In this document: piece by piece, positions 7,689 to 16,992 of the stretch
Layout of the letters: each line of letters starts with the position of its first letter
Numbering within the stretch: the first letter of the stretch is position 1
Source: a virus
Lineage: Duplodnaviria; Caudoviricetes
DNA: 39,372 nt
IMG/VR virus record: IMGVR_UViG_3300027256_000005
Span: 1 to 39,372 of that record
Strand: one strand, 5' to 3'
The notes under the pieces: model-generated
The model's input: the letters and a program-made list of their open reading frames with translations, nothing else
What the model was told of the DNA's origin: nothing
The model's database searches: none
Program-made: the position numbers and the translations under genes

Positions 7689-9558
7689 TTCGTTCAAATC
7701 CGTCAATTATCCAAAGCACATCGAAGTAGATGCGCTATTGGATAGAATAAAATCAGGAGCAAGCAAAGCTCTGATTGAGACCCTGAGAAACATCTCCGAC
7801 CCTGAGCAGCAAAAGGAGTTCAAGCTAAACCGCCTTCCGCTTATTTGTTGGAGTGGTGAGTTTAGTAAGAGAGCAATTGCAGGACTTACATCTCCTTCTG
7901 GTTTTGCCATTATGGATTGGGACGGAGTGAAAGCCGAAGACCTTCGTGACCTTCAAACCCTCATCATTTCCGAGCCATACACTTACGCTTGTTGGGTGAG
8001 CCCAAGAGGAGGACTGAAAGCTCTGATTAAAATAGCAAGTCCTGAAAAGTACAAAGAGCAATACGAGGCCCTGCTTGATTACTACAATGCCGTAACGAGA
8101 GACTTTGCTATGGCAGATGTGAGCAACAAGGACATTTCAAGAGGATGTTTTGAAAGCTACGACCCGAACCTCTACCGTAATCAGGAGGCCAAGCCATTCC
8201 CGTATTTCGTTAAGCACGATAAGATGGTGATTCCCACTTACGAGGGGAGAGTGGACTTGATTCCTAAAATCTTGAAATGGTGTGCCAGCAACGGAAAGTA
8301 CTTTCAGGATGGACAACGGAATTACTTCCTGCTAAGTTTTGCAGGGGCCTGCTGTCGGTTCGGGGTGGAGATGGAGGACGTGGTGAGCTATTGTGATGCC
8401 CATTTCCTTGCCAATGACCATTCCTTCTCTCGGACAGAATGCGAAACGGTGGTGAAGAATGCCTATCGTTATTGGGGGAAGCAATTCGGAACGGCAGAGT
8501 TTACGGATGGCAAGGTGGTGGACACAAAAACGCTATTGGAGATTGATGTTGCTCCTCCCCAAGAGTTGTTTGATGAAAGCATTCCGCCAAAGGACGTGAT
8601 TTATGGCGAAGATGTTTTTGATAAGGCAATGTCCTTTTACGAATCGGGGTTTCCTCACATTGAAGGCATAGGGATTCCGTTGATTGACGATGCGTTCAAG
8701 ATGCGAAGGGGAGAGATTACATTGCTATCAGGGCATGGCAATCAAGGAAAGTCAAGCATCCTGAAGTATATGTTGCTCTGCCACGCAGCCCTTCATGGAA
8801 GGAAGTTTGCCATGTTTCCTCCTGAAGACAATCCTGCCGAAATGTTTTACAATGACCTTGTGGAGATTCTTTTAGGGGCCGATTGTTCGCCCCGCAATCC
8901 AAGAAGGCCAAGTAAGCAACTTTACGAAAGAGCTTATAGATGGGTGAGTGACCATTTCTTTTACATCTACCCTGAGAGCGAGAGCCCAACGCCTGCTTAC
9001 ATCAAGCAGCGTTTCCTTGAACTCATCATTAAAGAAAAAGTGGATGGTTGCGTGATTGACCCGTTCAATCAAATGGACAACGATTTGCGTAAGGCAGGAG
9101 GCCGGGATGACCAATATCTTTCCACCATACTTGGTGACTTTGCACGATTCGCCACCGTGAACAACATTTTCTTTTTCATTGTTGCCCATCCCAAAGGAGG
9201 GCTTAGGAAGGAGGGTAAGGGCGACTACCCATGTCCTGATGTTTATGACCTTGCAGGAGGGGCTATGTGGAATGCGAAGATGTGGAACATTCTGATGTAC
9301 CACCGCCCAGAGTTTTATTCCGACCCTGATAGCAATGCTTGCCAACTTCATGTAAAGAAAGTGAAACGGAGGGAGGTAGGAAAAAGGGGTGAGGTAAATT
9401 TTGAATATGCTTACGGAAGAAGAAGATTTTTCTTTGAAGGCCGTGACCCAATGGAAGGGATTCTTACAAAGCTCAATCTGAGTGACTATCTGCCGACACC
9501 AGAAATTCTTTTACCAAATTACTTCGATACTTTTGATGACAGCCTCCCTCCATTCTAA
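7663..9558 (+). CDS. Primase-helicase: BT4734/VirE N-terminal domain + PriCT + SF4 (DnaB/Twinkle-like) helicase
   Basis: LPLICWSGEF..R, MDWDG, VSPRGGLK, D.SNKDISRGCFESYDP; GQRNYFL; Walker A SGHGNQGKS, Walker B VIDPFN, VAHP, YDLAGGA.W. Confidence 0.88.
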   Translation: MQAIATFFDSFKSVNYPKHIEVDALLDRIKSGASKALIETLRNISDPEQQKEFKLNRLPLICWSGEFSKRAIAGLTSPSGFAIMDWDGVKAEDLRDLQTLIISEPYTYACWVSPRGGLKALIKIASPEKYKEQYEALLDYYNAVTRDFAMADVSNKDISRGCFESYDPNLYRNQEAKPFPYFVKHDKMVIPTYEGRVDLIPKILKWCASNGKYFQDGQRNYFLLSFAGACCRFGVEMEDVVSYCDAHFLANDHSFSRTECETVVKNAYRYWGKQFGTAEFTDGKVVDTKTLLEIDVAPPQELFDESIPPKDVIYGEDVFDKAMSFYESGFPHIEGIGIPLIDDAFKMRRGEITLLSGHGNQGKSSILKYMLLCHAALHGRKFAMFPPEDNPAEMFYNDLVEILLGADCSPRNPRRPSKQLYERAYRWVSDHFFYIYPESESPTPAYIKQRFLELIIKEKVDGCVIDPFNQMDNDLRKAGGRDDQYLSTILGDFARFATVNNIFFFIVAHPKGGLRKEGKGDYPCPDVYDLAGGAMWNAKMWNILMYHRPEFYSDPDSNACQLHVKKVKRREVGKRGEVNFEYAYGRRRFFFEGRDPMEGILTKLNLSDYLPTPEILLPNYFDTFDDSLPPF

Positions 9559-9988
9559 TATCACAGAACGCAAGTGGGACATCCTGCATACGTTCTGCTA
9601 TGCCTACATTTGCCATCCACCACAGGAATATTGGGAGGACAAGCAATTCATGGAGGAGCGTGATTTCCTCCTTCGTGCCGTCAAGAATAACGTCCACGTT
9701 ACAGATTGGAAGCAAATACTAAGGGAATATTCTCAAATGAGGCCGATAACATTGAGCGTAAGACACGCAAAGGAATTTTACGAAGCAGAAGTCCAAAACG
9801 CAAGCACAGAGGCTTACAGAGCGATTGAGAGCTATTTCTCAAGAACGGACAGGGAGAGAGAAATAATTCGTTCCTCTCCCGGCTGCGACATTTCCTACAT
9901 TACGCTCTATTTGCGTGAAGGGGAAGCCTACAGAAAGCCCACAGAGTCGTGGACAATGGAAACGAAAACTAAAAAGAAAGCAAAATGA
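9536..9988 (+). CDS. Hypothetical protein
   Basis: ATG 9536 (MTASLHS) preferred to the track start at 9482; ATGA overlap with the next gene. Confidence 0.6.
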   Translation: MTASLHSNITERKWDILHTFCYAYICHPPQEYWEDKQFMEERDFLLRAVKNNVHVTDWKQILREYSQMRPITLSVRHAKEFYEAEVQNASTEAYRAIESYFSRTDREREIIRSSPGCDISYITLYLREGEAYRKPTESWTMETKTKKKAK

Positions 9989-10374
9989 TAGACCTGTTAA
10001 TCAATTTCGACAATGAGGAGGACAAGAAGAAACTGTTCTCGATTCTTAAAACCCTCAAAGGAGGATATGCCATTCAAGTAAAGAAGCACAGAGAGAATCG
10101 CTCATTGGCCTTCAATAGGTACTATTGGTCCGTTGTGATTCCGTACATAGCAATGGAAACGGGCTACACCAAGGAAGAAATGCACGATGTTTTAAGGCGA
10201 ATGTTTCTGTCCTACGAGAAAAAGAACGAAATTACGCAATCGGTGGACGTTTTCTTGTTAAGTACGGCCAAGCTGGACAATGTGGAATTTAATGAATACA
10301 TTGAAAAAATCAGGGCCTTTGCGCTTGAGCAATTAAATATTTACGTACCGTTGCCTAATGAAATAAACTTTTGA
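9985..10374 (+). CDS. NinB/Orf-like recombination protein
   Basis: RSLAFNRYYW...MHD.L...FL...STAKL...EF..YIE.I..FA....I..P.P pattern. Confidence 0.7.
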   Translation: MIDLLINFDNEEDKKKLFSILKTLKGGYAIQVKKHRENRSLAFNRYYWSVVIPYIAMETGYTKEEMHDVLRRMFLSYEKKNEITQSVDVFLLSTAKLDNVEFNEYIEKIRAFALEQLNIYVPLPNEINF

Positions 10375-10376
10375 GC

Positions 10377-10808
10377 ATGAGAAAACCAAAACCCGTTAAG
10401 ACAGCTCCTGTCAAACCGAAACGAATCGTAACGCCTCGTGTTGAGCGGACAAGAAATGGCCGTACAGAGACTCAGAGCCAGCACATAGGAAAGCTACGTA
10501 GCGCACTCCGCAATCTCTCTCGTTGGTGGAAGCCTTTCGCTATGGCATTAAAGGCGGCATCCGTTACGCACTACATTGGCAAACGCAGACGTGTTCTCTA
10601 TCTCTGTGCTGAGTGCGAAAGGCTGCACGACAGAAAAGAAGTGGAAGTAAACCATAAGATTCCTACAGGAAGCCTAAAAACATACGAAGACCTTCCTGGT
10701 TTTTGCGAAAGGCTATTTGTGGAGGATATTTCCCTGCTTGAAGTGTTGTGCAAGGAATGCCATAAAGAGGAAACGGCAAGGCAACGGGAGGAGCGCAGTG
10801 CAAAATAA
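10377..10808 (+). CDS. HNH-family endonuclease
   Basis: YLCAEC...EVNHKIP...LEVLCKECHK zinc/HNH motif. Confidence 0.8.
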   Translation: MRKPKPVKTAPVKPKRIVTPRVERTRNGRTETQSQHIGKLRSALRNLSRWWKPFAMALKAASVTHYIGKRRRVLYLCAECERLHDRKEVEVNHKIPTGSLKTYEDLPGFCERLFVEDISLLEVLCKECHKEETARQREERSAK

Positions 10809-10809
10809 C

Positions 10810-10841
10810 TTTGATTTGTTTCACAATTAGGCTTATATTTG
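10810..10841 (+). promoter_or_regulatory. Complete Bacteroidota sigmaA promoter (possible leaderless start)
   Basis: TTTG (10810-10813)-N20-TATATTTG (10834-10841), 4 nt before ATG 10846. Confidence 0.75.
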
Positions 10842-10845
10842 CCCT

Positions 10846-11046
10846 ATGAAATATTTAAGCACGGACAGAGTTTTGCTCATTACAATGGCTATGGCAATTG
10901 TTTTTCTGTGTTACAGGCAAGCTGCTATTGATGCCATTCAGGACAGAAGAATGGAGGAATGGAGCAGCAACACCTCAGCTACATTAGAGGGAATGGAATA
11001 TGAAATGTCAAGGTTTATGAATTCAGATACAACATGGAAACAATAG
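10846..11046 (+). CDS. Small protein with an N-terminal transmembrane/signal segment
   Basis: VLLITMAMAIVFLCY hydrophobic stretch. Confidence 0.6.
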   Translation: MKYLSTDRVLLITMAMAIVFLCYRQAAIDAIQDRRMEEWSSNTSATLEGMEYEMSRFMNSDTTWKQ

Positions 11047-11321
11047 GAGAGAAAATCAGCCCCATCCTCAACGAAATTGAGGACGCACTGTGGGACCACG
11101 AGGTGTTGTGCGGAGAACAGCCCTATTACACAAACGATGGATTCCGTGCTGCCGTGAAAATATTTATGTCCGCTATGATGGACAAAATGTACGAGCTTCA
11201 GAAAAGCGAAGACCTTGAGATTGAAGACAAGGCCGCAATGGCCGAATCATTGGGCAATCAAGTACGCATCCTTGTTAAAACCTATTGCAATATTGACACT
11301 CATGAACTTTACATTGAATAA
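11034..11321 (+). CDS. Hypothetical helical protein
   Basis: 95-aa ORF coupled to both neighbours. Confidence 0.7.
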   Translation: METIGEKISPILNEIEDALWDHEVLCGEQPYYTNDGFRAAVKIFMSAMMDKMYELQKSEDLEIEDKAAMAESLGNQVRILVKTYCNIDTHELYIE

Positions 11322-11553
11322 CAAAATTGTTGTAGCCATTCTGTGTTTCACAATGTCTATGGCGTTTGCATTGAACGAAAGACACCTCTTAAACGAAATT
11401 GTGTTTAATGTGTTTATGTGGTTTGTCGGGCCGATGCTCATTCTCCCCATCATCATCATTTGCCTCCTTGAGGAGATGTATTGGGAGGACAGGGTGGAGA
11501 TAATTTTCTGCGGAATTGCTGGCTATTTTATGGGAACGCTCTTCGTAATATGA
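11302..11553 (+). CDS. Small membrane protein with about three TM segments
   Basis: Three hydrophobic stretches; ATG 11302 preferred to the track start at 11215. Confidence 0.6.
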   Translation: MNFTLNNKIVVAILCFTMSMAFALNERHLLNEIVFNVFMWFVGPMLILPIIIICLLEEMYWEDRVEIIFCGIAGYFMGTLFVI

Positions 11554-11595
11554 AGAAATAAAGCCCATTTTGTTTTATTTGTGAAAATAAGCGCA

Positions 11596-11603
11596 TACAT
11601 TTG
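11596..11603 (+). promoter_or_regulatory. -7 promoter element TACATTTG
   Basis: Intergenic consensus match 8 nt before ATG 11612. Confidence 0.65.
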
Positions 11604-11611
11604 CGCTCTGT

Positions 11612-12025
11612 ATGGAAAAGCAAATAAAACACGTACAAGCCTTTTACGAGGCGTTTAATGTGCCAATTCCTGAAACAATGCGCTATCTCCACAAGGAGAG
11701 GGCACTTCTAAGGCACAAGCTGCTACAGGAAGAAGTGGGAGAGCTCCTTGACGCAAGTATGTCTTCTCAGGGCACACTTGTAGACGTTGCTGATGCCATT
11801 ACAGATTGCTTTTACATCCTCATAGGAACGGCCATTGAATATGGCATTGCTGACAAGCTGCCTGCTTTGTTTGATGAAGTGCATTCAAGCAATATGAGCA
11901 AGCTTAGCGAAGACGGAAAGCCACTCTATCGTGAGGATGGAAAAGTGATGAAAGGACCGAATTACAGAAAACCAAATTTAAAAGATATAATTTATGGCAC
12001 ATCCCCCAAAGGTGACAATGATTGA
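11612..12025 (+). CDS. MazG-like/PRA-PH NTP pyrophosphohydrolase (DR2231-type)
   Basis: LRHKLLQEEVGE, VADAITD, FDEVHSSNMSKL..DGKP.YREDGKVMKGPNY..P. Confidence 0.9.
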   Translation: MEKQIKHVQAFYEAFNVPIPETMRYLHKERALLRHKLLQEEVGELLDASMSSQGTLVDVADAITDCFYILIGTAIEYGIADKLPALFDEVHSSNMSKLSEDGKPLYREDGKVMKGPNYRKPNLKDIIYGTSPKGDND

Positions 12026-12269
12026 AAGCAGAGTGCTTGTCCTTCCCGACAAGGCTGCTGATTTTTACGATGAGAACGGAACAATTGTGATTCCCGACAT
12101 GGCAAAGGAATCTCCTCCACAAGGCGAAGTTATGGCTATTGGGGAAAAAGTGGAAGTGGTGAAAGTGGGCGATAAGGTGCTCTACACCAAAGGAGCCGGG
12201 ACAAGAGCTGAGTTCAATAAAACTGAATACCTCATTATGAAGGAATACGAAATCCACTGCATCCTGTAA
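11994..12269 (+). CDS. groES: Co-chaperonin GroES
   Basis: RVLV.P, IVIPDMAKESPPQGEVMAIG, VKVGDKVLYTKGAGT, EYLIMKEYEI. Confidence 0.9.
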   Translation: MAHPPKVTMIESRVLVLPDKAADFYDENGTIVIPDMAKESPPQGEVMAIGEKVEVVKVGDKVLYTKGAGTRAEFNKTEYLIMKEYEIHCIL

Positions 12270-12913
12270 TGGCATTTGTCACCAAATATTCGGAGAGCAT
12301 AAAGCCCATCAGGGAATACTTGGTGGAGATAGATGGCATTTATAAGGAAACTATAGAGTACGGAACGCTTCTCCTCCACAGACCCTCTAATGTATATAAT
12401 GAAACTGGTGGCCTATGCGAGGAGGGCGTTGTCGTCAAGTCTCCAATGAAGGACGCATTTGACGAGGACATTGTAGGCAAGCGCATTAAGTTTTGGTTCT
12501 CCGAGGCCCATGCCACGTATAAGGGCAATATGCCTAAAATAGACGGACACTTGATGGTGGCCCCTAATAGCATTATAAGCATTGAGGACAGAGAGGTGGG
12601 CGACCACATTCTATGTAAACCCATAGAAACGGCACGGAGCGCAGCAGGAATTATTATTCCCAACATTGAGCTTGTCAGCTACGACACAATGCAGAAGCCT
12701 GTGGAGAACATCAGAGAGTTTTACACAGACCGGGGCAAGGTGCAAGGCAAGAACGACCACTTCCCTGAAGGGACGTATTTGTTCTGGGGAGATGAGAGTA
12801 ATGTTCGTGTAGGCTACAACGGATGTTTCCTTGTAAGGAAACGTATGGTGATGGCAAGCGGAGAGGATGCTGTAAAGCTCACATACATAAAGAAGAAGGT
12901 GAGGATGGCATGA
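12269..12913 (+). CDS. Divergent tandem GroES-like protein
   Basis: Two apparent GroES-like halves: EEGVVVKSP...GKRIKF and GDHILCKPIETARSAAGIIIP...RGKV. Confidence 0.55.
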   Translation: MAFVTKYSESIKPIREYLVEIDGIYKETIEYGTLLLHRPSNVYNETGGLCEEGVVVKSPMKDAFDEDIVGKRIKFWFSEAHATYKGNMPKIDGHLMVAPNSIISIEDREVGDHILCKPIETARSAAGIIIPNIELVSYDTMQKPVENIREFYTDRGKVQGKNDHFPEGTYLFWGDESNVRVGYNGCFLVRKRMVMASGEDAVKLTYIKKKVRMA

Positions 12914-13155
12914 AGAAGAAGAGCAAGGTGGAAGTGCCTCTTTTTGAGGAAAAGAAGGAAAGGGGCAGACCGATTAAATACAATTTCTCTCCGTTTAAGA
13001 AACAGAGCACCATCCACCTCATTATTCCAAATGTTGGCCTTGATGAATATTCCTCTTTGCGTTCCACATTCGCAAGGTGGCGCAGAATGGAAGGGATAAA
13101 AGGTCGCTTCCGGTATGATTTTTTGGACGATAGCATAGCTATTTGGCGACAATGA
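12910..13155 (+). CDS. Small basic putative DNA-binding protein
   Basis: ATGA overlap at 12910; RGRPIKYNF AT-hook-like motif. Confidence 0.6.
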   Translation: MKKKSKVEVPLFEEKKERGRPIKYNFSPFKKQSTIHLIIPNVGLDEYSSLRSTFARWRRMEGIKGRFRYDFLDDSIAIWRQ

Positions 13156-13460
13156 ATGAGAAATACTTCATTTCATACACCAAATTCAGGAGAGGCAGAA
13201 TGCGCTTCTACCAATTCTCAGAGTTCCTTGAAAATGGGATACAGTTCTACCCATACGCCACAATCCCTGAACTAAGCAAGTCATGGCGAATAACAAGAAA
13301 ACTACTAAAAACACGCTCTCGTCCCAAGGCTCTAATGGGGATGAAGAATGGGCAGGAGGGGATTTATGTCTTCCGAACTCCAAGGATTTATGGAGAAGAG
13401 TGTTTAACGAAAACCTTAAATGCTACGAAATTTACATTCGGAACACCAACATTCTTGTAG
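13152..13460 (+). CDS. Basic hypothetical protein overlapping the next ORF by 178 nt
   Basis: ATGA coupling at 13152; no recognisable domain. Confidence 0.4.
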   Translation: MNEKYFISYTKFRRGRMRFYQFSEFLENGIQFYPYATIPELSKSWRITRKLLKTRSRPKALMGMKNGQEGIYVFRTPRIYGEECLTKTLNATKFTFGTPTFL

Positions 13461-13732
13461 CAACGGGCATAGGCAACACGGGGGATAGTTTCCTCATTGG
13501 TGCTCTTCCTGCTATAATGACAACATTTATACAACTAACCAAGCAAATAGAAAATGGCGAAGTCAGCGAAGAAACATACAGAAACGCTCTCGGCCTCATT
13601 CATGGGTTCAAGCAAAATATCAGAAAAGGAGAAAATGTGGATAGAGGCGGTTTATTCGGACTCAATTCCATTGAGCTTGACCTGGAAGGGCAGGGTGGAG
13701 GAAGTTACAAGGAGGCTCGGCTATGGGATTAG
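13283..13732 (+). CDS. Hypothetical protein
   Basis: 149-aa ORF; needed to cover 13461-13553; overlaps both neighbours. Confidence 0.5.
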   Translation: MANNKKTTKNTLSSQGSNGDEEWAGGDLCLPNSKDLWRRVFNENLKCYEIYIRNTNILVATGIGNTGDSFLIGALPAIMTTFIQLTKQIENGEVSEETYRNALGLIHGFKQNIRKGENVDRGGLFGLNSIELDLEGQGGGSYKEARLWD

Positions 13733-14123
13733 TGATGGCACACTAAGGCTTGGGTCGCAGCTCTTTTTCGTTCACAACATCAAGGCAGAAGCCTATTGGA
13801 GTATGGTGATGATGTATCACAATGTGTGCGACTCCATACGCACTCCTGAAGCATCGGGAGACGGAAAGGCATCCAACGAGAACTCTTCCTACAAGGTGAA
13901 GATAGAGAACAGCCTCAAGCTGAAGCCCGTGATGGACGAAATCAAAAGATTGGCAGAAGATTTGTTTAAGAAGAACGAAGCAGCCGAGGCCGACTTTAAT
14001 GCTGGCAAACTTGAAAGCGACTTCGGAGAAGGAGCATTGGAGGCTGCTTTAAGAGAAGTGAACAATGGCGATGAAGGTGACAATAGTTCGGCCAAAAAAA
14101 GAAAAGCGGCCAAGGAAGCCTAA
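13554..14123 (+). CDS. Helical hypothetical protein, candidate terminase small subunit
   Basis: A-rich start; lies upstream of the large terminase; C-terminal helix KIENSLKLKPVMDEIKRL and GALE motif. Function inferred from position. Confidence 0.5.
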   Translation: MAKSAKKHTETLSASFMGSSKISEKEKMWIEAVYSDSIPLSLTWKGRVEEVTRRLGYGISDGTLRLGSQLFFVHNIKAEAYWSMVMMYHNVCDSIRTPEASGDGKASNENSSYKVKIENSLKLKPVMDEIKRLAEDLFKKNEAAEADFNAGKLESDFGEGALEAALREVNNGDEGDNSSAKKRKAAKEA

Positions 14124-14403
14124 ACGGGAGGAATACATATTCCATAGCCGTATGCTATGGGAGACACCTCTTGGACACCTTGCTGTGATACAGAAGAGCA
14201 AATTTGTTGCCTATACGCACATTGAATTTAGAAAGTACCTCCGCAGGATGTTCAGAAGGTGCTTCACGCTCTTTGCCGAAACAAAAACAACGTGGATAGT
14301 TAAAAGAACAAAATATGCCCCAGAAGAAACTCAAGAAATTGATTCACCTCGCAGAAGGTTCTACCATCTACCTAAAAGGGCATCAGGTAATAGCCCGATA
14401 TGA
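14065..14403 (+). CDS. Basic hypothetical protein
   Basis: 112-aa Arg/Lys-rich ORF overlapping both neighbours. Confidence 0.5.
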   Translation: MAMKVTIVRPKKEKRPRKPKREEYIFHSRMLWETPLGHLAVIQKSKFVAYTHIEFRKYLRRMFRRCFTLFAETKTTWIVKRTKYAPEETQEIDSPRRRFYHLPKRASGNSPI

Positions 14404-14731
14404 GGTGGAGCGTATTGACCAAAACGGACATTGCCACCTTGTCCAAAACGGGGAGGTGAAGAAACATTTTGTCTATCCCTCAACAGTGTACGCCCTCGGA
14501 GACCCGTTATTCAAGCACGGCCTTCGTGCCTTTGTTCCTACAACGCTCCTTGAACGTGATTGGGAGGCGTTTGAATCACGGAAGAAACTGATGGGGCTTT
14601 TTAAGAGGCTTGACAGAATTGGGAGTAGGATTCCTAAGTTGCAGAGCAGCAAGAAAATGCTAAATTGCATAGAGATAGTGGATGAGTTTATAGGCAGGAT
14701 GCAGGCAGCAATGCGGAAGCAGAAGAAATGA
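14315..14731 (+). CDS. Hypothetical protein
   Basis: A-rich leader; ATGA overlap with the terminase start. Confidence 0.65.
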   Translation: MPQKKLKKLIHLAEGSTIYLKGHQVIARYEVERIDQNGHCHLVQNGEVKKHFVYPSTVYALGDPLFKHGLRAFVPTTLLERDWEAFESRKKLMGLFKRLDRIGSRIPKLQSSKKMLNCIEIVDEFIGRMQAAMRKQKK

Positions 14732-16953
14732 AATTAACGGAAACACAGAGGATAGAGAAAGGAATTCTCAAGGAGCGCATTTGGTCCCTTGACTGCAAAA
14801 CTCCGCCCATTCCTGAAGACCTGACAGTGATTCCGGGCTATGGAAACCCCAAGGCCAAGTTTACAAGAACGCCCATTCCCGAATACATGAACATCGAAAA
14901 GAGCCAAATCCAAACGGACGGCTCAATTCGTTACACGCCCCTCCAACAGCAATTCATTCGGGAGGAGGTGAAGAAAATATTTCATTCGGGGCAATGGGTG
15001 TACATCAGAGGAACGCTCACATGGCTCAATCCGTGGATGTACTTTGGCCTTAACTATTGGAAACCCTCTGTGGAAACCAATGACGGATTCCTTGAATATC
15101 GTGACCGCCAACGCAAAATCCTTCATTTCTGTTGGAACATCTATCAGCACCACAAAGAGCTTGGTGTCATCTACCTGAAGGGCCGTCAGGAGGGTTTGTC
15201 CACTTGGGGCCATTTAATAATGTTTTGGCTTGCCATCAGGGCTGAACGGCAGAACATAGGACTTTCTTCCTCGGACCAAAAGCTGGCTGACGAGAACTTT
15301 GACGAACTTATTAGCAAGCCCGTAAACGCTCTTCCTATATGGCTCATTCCTGTACACAGGATGAACAAGAACGAGCTTTTGCTTGTTGAGCCTCCTGAAC
15401 GCCAATCAAAGACTAAGAAGACAGCAAGCGTTTCCAAAGCCCTTGGAGGAAGTATAAGGCTTCGTGCCCTAACTAAGCGAGGATGGGATGGTAAGCGTCT
15501 CAATGGCCTCTTTGCCGATGAAGGTGGTAAGTGGGTGCAAGTGCAAATTAGTAAGTGGTGGAGCAAGCAAGTGAGGGCTTTGATGGTGAATGGCCGCAAG
15601 AGGGGCTTTGCGTTCTTTCCGACAACAACGGAAGAAGGCGACCAAGGAGGAGCAGAGTTTCAGCGTTTCTACGCACAAGCCGACATTGAAACACGGCAGA
15701 ACGGCAAATATCCCACTACTACAAACAAGCTTGTAAATCTTTTTATTCCTGCCTACGTTGGCCTACCGGGATGGACAGATGCCTACGGGAACGACATTGT
15801 GGACACTCCCGATGAGGAGCAGTGGGAATGGATGCAGAGAAATGGACACGATGAGCGAATAGGAGCAAAGGAGAAACTGATGCGTGACCGTCAGCAGCTC
15901 CTTGATGCAGGACTTGATGACCTCTACGCAGAGGAAATGCGTCAGAACCCATTCACGCCTTCTGATGCGTTCAATAGCCTTAACGAGCATTGTCCTTTTG
16001 ATGTCACTATTCTGCAAGCCCTGAAGCGTACAGCAGACGTTCCTGATGTTCAAAACAGAATCAGAAAGGGATATTTCTATTGGCTTGACGTAAGGGAGCG
16101 CAGCATTGTTGGATGGAAGGAAGACGCAAGCGGTCCATTTGAACGGACGTGGGAGCCTCCTCCAAACTTAATAAACAAAACGCAGACAAGGAGGGGAATC
16201 AAGGCCCCGGCCAATGGTAAACTCGGAGCATTCGGCGTTGACCCATACCTAAAGGCAAGCACTAAGAAGAAGGGCTCTAAGATGGCTGTAACGGGAAAGC
16301 TGTACTACAACCGTTACCACGAGGAACAGAATAAAAAGGAGCGTGATACAACAGGCCGTGATATGCCGGGATACTTCCCCACGCCTGCTGTATTCCTTTC
16401 CTTTGCCAACAGGAGTGCAGACAGTCATTACGATATGGAACAGCTTCTGATGGCCGCTGTTTATTATTCTATGCCAATAGTGATAGAAAATAACGCTTCC
16501 ATTGCTGTAGAGAATTTCTTTAACTCAAGAGGCTATGGGGGCTTTCTGTTGCGTGAGGCTGAAATCCTAAACGAAACCTCTCCTACGCAAGTTCAATGGG
16601 AGACAACGGGGATACACACAGGAGTGGAGGGAGCAGGCAGTGATGTTGTTAGAAGAGGGGCAACGTATTTAAACGACTTCCTCAGGGGGGATAGTTTGTT
16701 CTTAGGGGAACATACATACAAAATAGCGGAAGAGCCGATACGCTATCCGTTTCTGACAAGCATAAACGACAATATGCAGTTTGACATAACGGACAGGACA
16801 AAGAGTGATGCCACGATGTCGGCCATTATGGTGCATTTTTATGAGTATAACACAAACGAATATGACAATCCCCTTGCCTACAGCAGTGCGCCCCAGAGCG
16901 ATGTCAGGAGGCTATTCCCAAGGGGTACGTTCCTGAGAAGAATGAGGGTGTAA
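14728..16953 (+). CDS. terL: Terminase large subunit (crAss-like type)
   Basis: Walker A YLKGRQEGLS, Walker B FADEGGKW, LFIPAY, QNPFTPSDAF, nuclease FGVDPY, IENN, SDATMS. Confidence 0.92.
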   Translation: MKLTETQRIEKGILKERIWSLDCKTPPIPEDLTVIPGYGNPKAKFTRTPIPEYMNIEKSQIQTDGSIRYTPLQQQFIREEVKKIFHSGQWVYIRGTLTWLNPWMYFGLNYWKPSVETNDGFLEYRDRQRKILHFCWNIYQHHKELGVIYLKGRQEGLSTWGHLIMFWLAIRAERQNIGLSSSDQKLADENFDELISKPVNALPIWLIPVHRMNKNELLLVEPPERQSKTKKTASVSKALGGSIRLRALTKRGWDGKRLNGLFADEGGKWVQVQISKWWSKQVRALMVNGRKRGFAFFPTTTEEGDQGGAEFQRFYAQADIETRQNGKYPTTTNKLVNLFIPAYVGLPGWTDAYGNDIVDTPDEEQWEWMQRNGHDERIGAKEKLMRDRQQLLDAGLDDLYAEEMRQNPFTPSDAFNSLNEHCPFDVTILQALKRTADVPDVQNRIRKGYFYWLDVRERSIVGWKEDASGPFERTWEPPPNLINKTQTRRGIKAPANGKLGAFGVDPYLKASTKKKGSKMAVTGKLYYNRYHEEQNKKERDTTGRDMPGYFPTPAVFLSFANRSADSHYDMEQLLMAAVYYSMPIVIENNASIAVENFFNSRGYGGFLLREAEILNETSPTQVQWETTGIHTGVEGAGSDVVRRGATYLNDFLRGDSLFLGEHTYKIAEEPIRYPFLTSINDNMQFDITDRTKSDATMSAIMVHFYEYNTNEYDNPLAYSSAPQSDVRRLFPRGTFLRRMRV

Positions 16954-16959
16954 AAATTT

Positions 16960-16992
16960 TTTGCGCTATGCCCCAAAGATTTCGTATTTTTG
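16960..16992 (+). promoter_or_regulatory. Complete Bacteroidota sigmaA promoter
   Basis: TTTG (16960-16963)-N21-TATTTTTG (16985-16992). Confidence 0.75.

Noticed and set aside
10377-10808. HNH as an intron-encoded homing endonuclease
   Set aside because: Flanking genes are uninterrupted and tightly spaced; no intron structure seen.
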